Origin: Candidatus Micrarchaeaceae archaeon
Lineage (GTDB): Archaea > Micrarchaeota > Micrarchaeia > Micrarchaeales > Micrarchaeaceae
Assembly (NCBI GenBank): GCA_050013715.1
Contig: JBEKES010000023.1
Location: 1 to 14,581, forward strand
Length of the DNA stretch: 14,581 nucleotides
Direction of reading: 5' to 3'
This document shows positions 8,065 through 14,581 of this stretch, in pieces; within the stretch, counting starts at the first letter, position 1, and every line of letters begins with the position of its first letter. The translations under genes and the position numbers were made by a program. The notes beneath the pieces are model-generated. The model was not told where the DNA came from. It saw only the letters and a program-made list of their open reading frames with translations, and ran no database searches.

Positions 8065-8511
8065 TTATTTTGTTGATTTTTCTAGTACCGCCAATTCTTC
8101 CTTCTTTTCCGGATTAGCGTTCTTCATCGTTTGAGTTGTTACCTTCTGCTGAGCGACCTTCAATTTTGCTGCCCTTACCTTATCAGTTAGATTTAGATCG
8201 GTTATGTAAACATTGCTTGCATTTACGGAAAGACTGAATTCCTTGCCTCTTGAATTCTTCTTTACTAATCCATCTATGTATACTCTTCCTGTGCGAAGAT
8301 TCACTCTTGTGACTTTTCCTGAAGTCCCTTTCTTGCTTCCTGACATTATTTTTACAGTGTCTCCCTTTGAGATTTGAGTTGAACGTGTTTTTATGTTGAG
8401 CTTTGTTTTTAATGATTTGTCAATATGGGAATGAACAAAATGCTGCCTTACGTGCATTGGTGCATTGAACCTGAAGCGCCTTTGCTTTCTTGGTTTGCCG
8501 CTTGCTATCAT
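8065..8511 (-). CDS. rpl24: 50S ribosomal protein uL24
   Basis: KPRKQR..FNAPMH, KOW motif KGDTVKIMSG, ASNVYITDL. Confidence 0.96.
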   Translation of the reverse strand: MIASGKPRKQRRFRFNAPMHVRQHFVHSHIDKSLKTKLNIKTRSTQISKGDTVKIMSGSKKGTSGKVTRVNLRTGRVYIDGLVKKNSRGKEFSLSVNASNVYITDLNLTDKVRAAKLKVAQQKVTTQTMKNANPEKKEELAVLEKSTK

Positions 8512-8913
8512 TTATATCACTCTTGAGGCTATGCCTGCTAACTTTACATAGCGCTCGACAACCTCTCTTGCCATTGCACCCTTTACTTCAGTTCCAACTG
8601 CAAGATTCGAATCTGTTACCAATATCCCTGCATTGTCCTCGAATCTAACCCTCATTCCATTGGCCCTTCTTATTGGGGATTTCTGCCTTATTATCATAAC
8701 GCGCACTTTTTTCTTAACGTATTGCGGATTGCCTGTCTTGACGCTTGCTATCACAACGTCGCAAATGCCGGATTTCGAGTAACGGCCCTTTCTGCCTCCG
8801 CCCTTTCCTATCCTGTTTATTATCATAAGCGTTTTTGCTCCGCTGTTGTCTGCACAGGTTAGCACAGAGCTTGGTATGAGATTCTTCGATATTCTTGTTG
8901 ATAAGCCTTTCAT
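8512..8913 (-). CDS. rpl14: 50S ribosomal protein uL14
   Basis: CADNSGAK, IIRQK..RRANG.RVRFEDNA, GTEVKG. Confidence 0.97.
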   Translation of the reverse strand: MKGLSTRISKNLIPSSVLTCADNSGAKTLMIINRIGKGGGRKGRYSKSGICDVVIASVKTGNPQYVKKKVRVMIIRQKSPIRRANGMRVRFEDNAGILVTDSNLAVGTEVKGAMAREVVERYVKLAGIASRVI

Positions 8914-9207
8914 TTATTGCGCCTTTTTAACTATTTTAGTAACTGCAAAGGATTTTGTCTTGCTAAGCCTTCTTGTCTCGAATATTATTACCGTATCGCC
9001 TGTTTCTGCGTTTATGCATTCAGGGTTATAGGCAGCGATTCTTGATGTTTTTCTAAGGCTTCTTTCATACTTGTTGAGGAAAGTGGTATATGCGTGCTCG
9101 ACAATCACTGTCTTTTTGGACTTGTCGCTCACCACAACTCCTTCTATCTCGTTGCCCCTTGTCTTCAAGTTTCCGTGAATCGGACACTTAGGATCTTTGC
9201 ATTCCAA
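8914..9207 (-). CDS. rps17: 30S ribosomal protein uS17
   Basis: CKDPKCPIHGNL, KYER, GDTVII.ETRRLSKTKSF. Start TTG 9207 or GTG 9216. Confidence 0.96.
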   Translation of the reverse strand: MECKDPKCPIHGNLKTRGNEIEGVVVSDKSKKTVIVEHAYTTFLNKYERSLRKTSRIAAYNPECINAETGDTVIIFETRRLSKTKSFAVTKIVKKAQ

Positions 9208-9511
9208 TATGATCACTTAATTTTCTTCTTTTATAGAACTTCAATGCCTTCTCCGTACGCTCATGTGCTCTAAAATTTATCTCTTTGCCATCAACGATGA
9301 ACGAATCATTGTCGTTGGTGAACTTGAATTTAGAGATGTTTTTAACTACTCTTCTTGTTTTGGATTGTTGCTTCAAATATAGGAGATTTTTTGTCTCGTT
9401 TATTATTTTTCCTTTTATTCCAATCTGTGAGCGATCTCTGCAATCTATAACTTCTGCATCGAGACCTATGAGCTCATGAAGCACAATGTTCTTATTATTA
9501 TAGCCGTGCAT
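9188..9511 (-). CDS. rnp1: Ribonuclease P protein component 1 (Rpp29/POP4)
   Basis: NIVLHELIGL, GIKGKIINETKN, IVDG.EI.FR..ER. Canonical position directly upstream of uS17. Confidence 0.93.
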   Translation of the reverse strand: MHGYNNKNIVLHELIGLDAEVIDCRDRSQIGIKGKIINETKNLLYLKQQSKTRRVVKNISKFKFTNDNDSFIVDGKEINFRAHERTEKALKFYKRRKLSDHIGMQRS

Positions 9512-9562
9512 TAATTTAAACCTTTCTTTTCTAAGTTTGACGTTATCTAAGCATTAAAATAA

Positions 9563-10312
9563 TCAGTTGTTGGCATTATGCCATTGATTTGCCAGCTTTT
9601 CGAGATTTTCCCCACTTGGGTCACATCCTGTTTCAAGACTGCAAACTATCTGCTCTATTTTGTTTAGAGCAGTATTGATAGATCCAGCATTATTGCATGG
9701 CACTATTACATGCCAATTCGATTCTACCTCATTCGAAAAAGTGATCAATCTATTATTATCTTCGCGGCAGTAAACATAACAGAAAATAGGTAAATCGACA
9801 CTTCTGCGATTAAAGCAATCTAAACCACTCCTATCATCCAATGAAATTACAAAGTCTCTGATGCCCCAACTTTCAATAAGGTTTGCAGCATAGAATGATA
9901 AACTTTTAAAATTAGTAGGATCTGCAATTACTATAATATCTGTTTTGACAAGTTCCTTGACGAGTGTTTTTTCGCTAGGGCTAATAATATTCATATTCAT
10001 ACCTACCATCAAGCAATCTAATCCAGAAGATTCGTAATATTTGAAATTATCATCTACTTCAGCTAACGTGCATCCAGTAGTATCAAACCTATAAATTACT
10101 TGAGTTTCTCCCATAATGTCTTTCGTTATCCTAACAATTTCTTTAATGCTATGGTCTAGTGGTGGTATATTATTAAACATGATTGCACTAATTTCTTCAA
10201 TTCTCTCAGCTCCTCTCAAGAATCTTTTATAACCTTTAATATCAGAGCCCTGATAAGATGGGATTATACTCCAATTTCTCTCTTTTGTAGTTCTTGAAGA
10301 TTGTATCGGCAT
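9563..10312 (-). CDS. Hypothetical protein, probable degenerate OMP decarboxylase (PyrF)-like TIM barrel
   Basis: Uninterrupted ORF of about 249 aa. TGTGA-N4-ATG at 10312 (alternative ATG 10327). Ordered segments SIIP / VIY / SGLDCLMV / WGIRDFVI / NWHVIV recall archaeal PyrF strands, but catalytic residues are absent. The CDS is well supported; the family call is tentative. Confidence 0.6.
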   Translation of the reverse strand: MPIQSSRTTKERNWSIIPSYQGSDIKGYKRFLRGAERIEEISAIMFNNIPPLDHSIKEIVRITKDIMGETQVIYRFDTTGCTLAEVDDNFKYYESSGLDCLMVGMNMNIISPSEKTLVKELVKTDIIVIADPTNFKSLSFYAANLIESWGIRDFVISLDDRSGLDCFNRRSVDLPIFCYVYCREDNNRLITFSNEVESNWHVIVPCNNAGSINTALNKIEQIVCSLETGCDPSGENLEKLANQWHNANN

Positions 10313-10340
10313 GTTATCACAATGCATTAGGATTTAGGAA

Positions 10341-10356
10341 ATATAAAAGACTTGCG
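10341..10356 (-). promoter_or_regulatory. Candidate BRE/TATA promoter for the 9563-10312 gene
   Basis: Minus strand CGCAAGTC-TTTTATAT, with the TATA-like box ending about 28 nt before ATG 10312. Confidence 0.5.
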
Positions 10357-10375
10357 TTTTCCAATTATATGAAAC

Positions 10376-11596
10376 TTAGCGTATCATTACTCTATCTGAA
10401 ACGCCGGTAATCCTGTCTATTTCGTATTTTATCACATTGCCGTAATCGGTCTTTACGAAGATCACTCCGCGTTTAGAATCTACTTCCGTTATCCTGCCCA
10501 CATAGGCACCAATGTCGTTTATGACTTTCTTGTCTTTTATCTTTGCACGTGTTATTGCCCTTTTCCTAAGGAATGCGCTGAACAGCGATATGCCATAGCC
10601 GGTAATTACTGCGAATACGCTAAGCACCAGGAACTGCCAGAAGTATATCTGGCCTATTATCCACGATGAGGTAAGATAAAGAAGCGCAAGTCCCACTATG
10701 GTGTAGCCTACGTATGTACCCTGAGAAATTGCCCTGTAGCGCATTCTCTTGTTGTCAAGGTCTATTACCCTCCCAACAAGGTAAAGCACAAGGCTTACCG
10801 GGAAGAGCGTCAGGAATCCCACTATCGCCTGGGAGCCCAGCACAAGCCCGTTGTTTGTGGTTGCCAATGCGGTTGTATAGCCTGCATAGCCAAGGATTAT
10901 GCTTATTATGAAGAATATTATAGAACCTATGTAGAATACAAAGCTAAGCCTCTCAACGCTGAAGCCTAAGCTTTTGAATGAGTTTACCAATGCCTCTTCA
11001 AGCCCGAAGCCCTTGAGTATTAGATATATTCCTATAAGCGCAACAGGAAGCTGCCAGCCGAAGTTCAGATAATAGCTAAGCGCAAAGAGTATAAGCAAAA
11101 CTGCAGGTATTCCGAATACGATTCTTGCGTAATGCGGCTCCTTGAGCTTTTCCAGTATTGTGAAGTAAGTGCTCTCGAAACCCTGCGCCTGTTTCATTCG
11201 CACTATGTCAACGCTGTTTACTTTCAGTCTATTCTTGAGCAATGGAAGTATCCTTGAGTCGCTGCTGCCATCGGTTACAAGAACGCATACGTCGCTTTTG
11301 GTCCTTTCGAGCACCAATTCGACCTGTCGCACAAGCTCAACATCGGCAACATATCCTTCTTTCTCTGCGCCAGTTACCGTTGCAACATTGACTGAGTGAC
11401 CTTTTGCCTTGAGCTCGTCGTATTTTCTAACCGCTTCGAACATCGCGTTTCCATCGGTATCTTGAGGGTCAGCAAGAACAAGCTTTGCAGCAGCTTTATA
11501 GTTTTCGTTTCTTCCAACTACTGGACCTGATATCTTCGTTTTGCGATACAGGTCGTTGTCTATGTCTACTGCAAGCACTAATATTCTTTCTGCCAT
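10376..11596 (-). CDS. DUF373 family membrane protein with a C-terminal PRC-barrel-like domain
   Basis: LVLAVDIDNDL..K, PVVGR, DPQDTDGN, VTDGSSD, MKQAQGFESTY, then multiple TM helices. Tail KKVINDIGAYVGRITEV...ITGVSDRVMI. GAGGA-N5-ATG. Confidence 0.88.
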   Translation of the reverse strand: MAERILVLAVDIDNDLYRKTKISGPVVGRNENYKAAAKLVLADPQDTDGNAMFEAVRKYDELKAKGHSVNVATVTGAEKEGYVADVELVRQVELVLERTKSDVCVLVTDGSSDSRILPLLKNRLKVNSVDIVRMKQAQGFESTYFTILEKLKEPHYARIVFGIPAVLLILFALSYYLNFGWQLPVALIGIYLILKGFGLEEALVNSFKSLGFSVERLSFVFYIGSIIFFIISIILGYAGYTTALATTNNGLVLGSQAIVGFLTLFPVSLVLYLVGRVIDLDNKRMRYRAISQGTYVGYTIVGLALLYLTSSWIIGQIYFWQFLVLSVFAVITGYGISLFSAFLRKRAITRAKIKDKKVINDIGAYVGRITEVDSKRGVIFVKTDYGNVIKYEIDRITGVSDRVMIR

Positions 11597-11671
11597 TTTA
11601 ATCCTCTTGTCCCACCCTCACACATCATGCACATGCAAGAGCTAAAAACTTATCTTTGCGCTTTCTTTATA

Positions 11672-11781
11672 AGAGGTCAAGTTTTGTATTTAACCTCTAG
11701 CAATAGTAATTCGTTGGGATTTGTGTATTATATTGCTTTCTTTATGGTTCGGTAATTAACGTATTATGCTAATTAATTACC
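11672..11781. other. Cluster of three inverted repeats between priS and DUF373
   Basis: AGAGGTCAA(11672-80)/TTAACCTCT(11690-98); AGCAATAGTAAT(11699-710)/ATTATATTGCT(11727-37); GGTAATTAA(11751-59)/TTAATTACC(11773-81). Function unknown. Confidence 0.5.
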
Positions 11782-12924
11782 CATCAAGGCAACTCTTTTA
11801 AGAATCAGATAAGTTGCGGCATATGTTGGCAATTCAACATTTGCATTATCATATGGTCCGAATTCAATTCCATTCATAATAAACTTAGGAACTTTTGCGG
11901 TCTTTATTTTCATGTGCTTGTCATCGAATGCGATTGTGCTGTTCATCGGTTCAAAGCTTTCAAGCGCTTTTAGTGATTTCAGTTTTTTTGCTACCAATCC
12001 TGTATCTCCGTGAATCGTTCCTGGCAATCTTATGAGATGATACTTGTCTGTGCTTACATTCTTGTCGATAAGATCTCCTTGCTTTATCGAAATTCCTTTG
12101 AGTATATTGCTCCAGAATTCTGCTTTTTTTGGTATGTTGACCTTGTCCCAATTGCCTGTTGATATGCCAAGAATTATCTCTGCCCTTTTTCGTGTGAGCA
12201 TTTCTGCATCCTTTTTGTCAATTCCTAATTCCATCAAACTACTGGTGCCACTGTTTAATACTCTAATTACTCCATTTGCGAACTTGCCTCCCCATCCGTA
12301 GTCATTAGGTTTTGGTCCTTCAAGCCGAACACCTCTTCTTCCTAATGTGGGGAAAAATGCATTGAGCTCGATATTATTTCCAGTTATGTAATTGATAATA
12401 CTCTTTCTTGCATCGCCGTCAAGCTTGAATGTGTTTTCGTTGTTAATATGGATGTGGTAACCTCTGTTTCCGCTGAAGTTAATGCTTATTTCTTTCTCTG
12501 AGAATCCGAAATCAGGAACTAGAAACTCTTCAACGAGTTTTACTGTCTCGAATTTAGCTGCATCAAAGCATTTCTGGCATACCCATGAACTTCCGTGCTC
12601 CAATTTGCAGGGGAGACCAAGATCGCTCGCATCTATATCAAAAAGAAGATCAGAACCTATCCAACCCTTGTTTTCCATCGGTCTTCCATCAGGTATTCTG
12701 TATTCTGCACTTGAATATGAAACAAAAGCAGGAGCATTTTTAGACAAATAATTCTTCAATTCTTTTTCATCCTTGAACTTATAATGACGATATGATATTT
12801 TTCTTTCGAAGTCACCAAATCCGAATTCTCTTCTATCTATGTTTCTAGGTGCAATATTATCTATGCTGCTGTAGAAGTCCTTTAGCAGATTGTTTACAAA
12901 TGCAGATTCCTTAGTTCCTAGCAA
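11773..12924 (-). CDS. priS: DNA primase catalytic (small) subunit PriS
   Basis: REFGF, DLLFDIDA (DxD), Zn motif C...H...CQKC, FSGNRGYH, IDKNVSTD..LIRLPGTIH..TG. TTG start with GGTGT-N4. Confidence 0.96.
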   Translation of the reverse strand: MLGTKESAFVNNLLKDFYSSIDNIAPRNIDRREFGFGDFERKISYRHYKFKDEKELKNYLSKNAPAFVSYSSAEYRIPDGRPMENKGWIGSDLLFDIDASDLGLPCKLEHGSSWVCQKCFDAAKFETVKLVEEFLVPDFGFSEKEISINFSGNRGYHIHINNENTFKLDGDARKSIINYITGNNIELNAFFPTLGRRGVRLEGPKPNDYGWGGKFANGVIRVLNSGTSSLMELGIDKKDAEMLTRKRAEIILGISTGNWDKVNIPKKAEFWSNILKGISIKQGDLIDKNVSTDKYHLIRLPGTIHGDTGLVAKKLKSLKALESFEPMNSTIAFDDKHMKIKTAKVPKFIMNGIEFGPYDNANVELPTYAATYLILKRVALMGN

Positions 12925-12994
12925 TAGAACACCTAAGCAACAGTTTTCATAATATTTAGATACGAATAAGAATATATTATGTTAATATGATGCT
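12925..12994. promoter_or_regulatory. AT-rich divergent promoter region for priS (-) and pth2 (+)
   Basis: 70-bp gap between divergent starts, with TATA-like stretches (AATATATTAT at 12971-12980). Exact boxes not resolved. Confidence 0.5.
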
Positions 12995-13360
12995 ATGAAA
13001 TTAAATGAGGAAATAAAACAGGTAATAATACTTAGGTCTGATATCGAGATGAGCAAAGGAAAGGCCGTTGCTCAAGGTTGCCACGCCTCTCTTATGAGTT
13101 ATTTCGAAACAGAAAAGAAAGACAAAGCCATTGCAAAGGAATGGCTTGATACTGGAGAAAGGAAAATAGTTTTAAAAGTAAGTGATCAAGAAGCACTGGA
13201 AAAATTATTCAAGGCATTTGAATTCAAGAAGATACCTTGTGCACTTGTAAGTGATGCAGGACTTACACAATTACCTCCTGGAACAAAAACGGCATTGGGA
13301 ATTGGTCCTTGGAAGGAATCAGAAATAGATTTCTTCACAAAAGGATTAAAACTATTTTAA
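12995..13360 (+). CDS. pth2: Peptidyl-tRNA hydrolase Pth2
   Basis: KQVIILRSD..MSKGKAVAQGCHA, KIVLKV, DAGLTQLPPGTKTALGIGP, TKGLKL. Confidence 0.97.
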   Translation: MKLNEEIKQVIILRSDIEMSKGKAVAQGCHASLMSYFETEKKDKAIAKEWLDTGERKIVLKVSDQEALEKLFKAFEFKKIPCALVSDAGLTQLPPGTKTALGIGPWKESEIDFFTKGLKLF

Positions 13361-13363
13361 TAC

Positions 13364-13744
13364 TTAATTTTTGTTTCTAGTTGCTATCACGCTTATTTCT
13401 AATTTGGCTCCGGCTGGGAGTTCTTTTACGCATACTGTTTCTCGCGCAGGAAAAGGGTCAGAGAAATATGTTCTATAAACATCATTTATCCTTCCGTATA
13501 GAGACATGTCTGTGATGTATATTGTTGTCTTTACAACTTCATCAAAGCCTACATCTGCAGCTTCAAGTATAGTTTTTAGATTACTCATTACTTGATGTGT
13601 TTGTTCCTCTATGGTGCCTTCAAGGAGTTGACCATCTTTCATATAAATCTGACCAGACGTAAATACAAAATTGTCACTTATTATTCCATCTGAAATAGGA
13701 AATTTAGATGCGATTCCCTTCTTAGCCTCTATTTTTATTTTCAT
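13364..13744 (-). CDS. ridA: RidA/YjgF/UK114 family reactive enamine/imine deaminase
   Basis: FVFTSGQI, QTHQVMSNL..ILEAA, VVKTTIY, NDVY..YF..PFPAR, LP.GAKLEI. Start ATG 13744 with GGTGA-N4. Confidence 0.9.
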   Translation of the reverse strand: MKIKIEAKKGIASKFPISDGIISDNFVFTSGQIYMKDGQLLEGTIEEQTHQVMSNLKTILEAADVGFDEVVKTTIYITDMSLYGRINDVYRTYFSDPFPARETVCVKELPAGAKLEISVIATRNKN

Positions 13745-13754
13745 TTTTTCACCT

Positions 13755-14579
13755 TTAAATATAAGTAAGCCATGACTCAAATTCCTTGTTTTTTCCTGTA
13801 ACTACCTTTGAATATTCTTGCATTATTGACTTTGTTATTGGTCCTGATTTGCCTTTGCCTACTTTTCTGGAATCTATAATTGTTATTGGAGTTATCTCTG
13901 CAGCTGTTCCTGTAAAGAATGCCTCATCGCATGTGTATAACTCCTCTCTGTGCATATTCCTTTCTATGACTTCAATTCCAATATTCTCTGCAAGTTTTAT
14001 TACAGTGTCTCTTGTAATTCCCATTAATATATCTGCCTCTTTTGAAGGAGTTACAAGTTTACCCTCTTCAACTAAAAATATGTTTTCTCCTGGTCCTTCT
14101 GCAATGTAACCTTCAAGTGAAGTGAGAATTGCCTCGTCAGATCCTAATGACTTTGCCTCATTGCTTGCTATGATTGAATTTGCATAATTGCCGCTTGATT
14201 TTGCTTCAGTTGGAAGTATCTGCGAATTTATCCTTCTCCATGAAGATACTTTGCATTTTATTCCAAGTTCTTCCTGCTTTCCAAAATATGCGCCAAAAGG
14301 AACAGTTGCAATGAACACGCTAATCTTCTTGCCTGGAGTGCTCATGCCTATGTTATCATCATTATAGAATGCAAAAGGCCTTATATAACAGGATTTAAGC
14401 TTGTTGTATTTTATTGTTTTTACTATCGCATTATGAAGTTCCTTTTTTGTATATTTTAAATTCATGGAGTATATTTTTGCACTGCTAAGAAATCTTTTTA
14501 TGTGGTCATCAAGCCGGAATATTGCAGTGCCTTTTGAGGCCTCATAAGCACGAAGTCCTTCGAAGATTCCGCTTCCATA
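13755..14579 (-). CDS. ilvE: Branched-chain amino acid aminotransferase (PLP fold type IV); 5'-truncated by the window
   Basis: The frame is open to the window end: YGSGIFEGLRAY...IFRLDDHIKRF, YIRP, PLP-lysine motif AKSSGNY, EGPGENIF, ILMGITR, EAFFTGTAAEITP. Confidence 0.96.
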   Translation of the reverse strand, partial: YGSGIFEGLRAYEASKGTAIFRLDDHIKRFLSSAKIYSMNLKYTKKELHNAIVKTIKYNKLKSCYIRPFAFYNDDNIGMSTPGKKISVFIATVPFGAYFGKQEELGIKCKVSSWRRINSQILPTEAKSSGNYANSIIASNEAKSLGSDEAILTSLEGYIAEGPGENIFLVEEGKLVTPSKEADILMGITRDTVIKLAENIGIEVIERNMHREELYTCDEAFFTGTAAEITPITIIDSRKVGKGKSGPITKSIMQEYSKVVTGKNKEFESWLTYI

Positions 14580-14581
14580 CT

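Noticed and set aside
9188..9216. rnp1/rps17 overlap as a frameshift or pseudogene
   Set aside because: Both proteins have complete conserved cores, and short overlaps are ordinary in this operon.
2253..9479. Many short plus-strand and alternate-frame ORFs over the operon
   Set aside because: They overlap confidently identified genes, have Phe/Leu/Ser-rich antisense composition and show no recognisable motifs.
11660..11745. 11-bp direct repeat as a mini-CRISPR array, or the inverted repeats as a dif site or tRNA
   Set aside because: Only two short copies and no cas genes. The spacers do not fit the 11-6-11 dif geometry, and there is no cloverleaf or T-loop motif.
10714..14109. Short ORFs overlapping DUF373, priS and ilvE
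   Set aside because: Shadow ORFs of well-supported genes.
1..14581. Stop-codon reassignment, introns or inteins
   Set aside because: TAA, TAG and TGA all end genes at expected lengths, and the conserved proteins are uninterrupted.

Overview
Archaeal chromosomal segment. The archaeal-type ribosomal proteins, Rpp29, Csl4, RpoL, PriS and Pth2, the dense packing and the (G/A/T)GTGA-N4 ribosome-binding pattern show this. The divergent protein style and Thr/Asn-rich repeat surface protein suggest a DPANN/Micrarchaeota-like organism (inference). Left end (+): the 3' part of a large membrane-anchored surface protein built of ~100-aa Ig/PKD-like modules, two of them a 300-bp tandem duplication. Centre (-): one tightly coupled run, rnp1-uS17-uL14-uL24-eS4-uL5-uS14-uS8-uL6-eL32-eL19-uL18-uS5, continuing directly into csl4-rpoL-DUF99 rather than the usual uL30-uL15-secY. 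Upstream of that run, where uS3/uL29 normally lie, is an orphan that looks like a catalytically degenerate OMP-decarboxylase-type TIM barrel. Further right: a DUF373 membrane protein with a PRC-barrel-like tail, a 176-bp hairpin-rich intergenic region, priS, pth2 (+), and an ilvE-ridA pair (ilvE cut by the window end). No tRNA, rRNA, CRISPR array, transposase or integrase was seen. The best leads are the PyrF-like pseudoenzyme, the rearranged operon, a probable CTG start for rpoL, an acid-residue-depleted DUF99 and the structured intergenic region. All family calls are from motif recognition by eye, not database searches.
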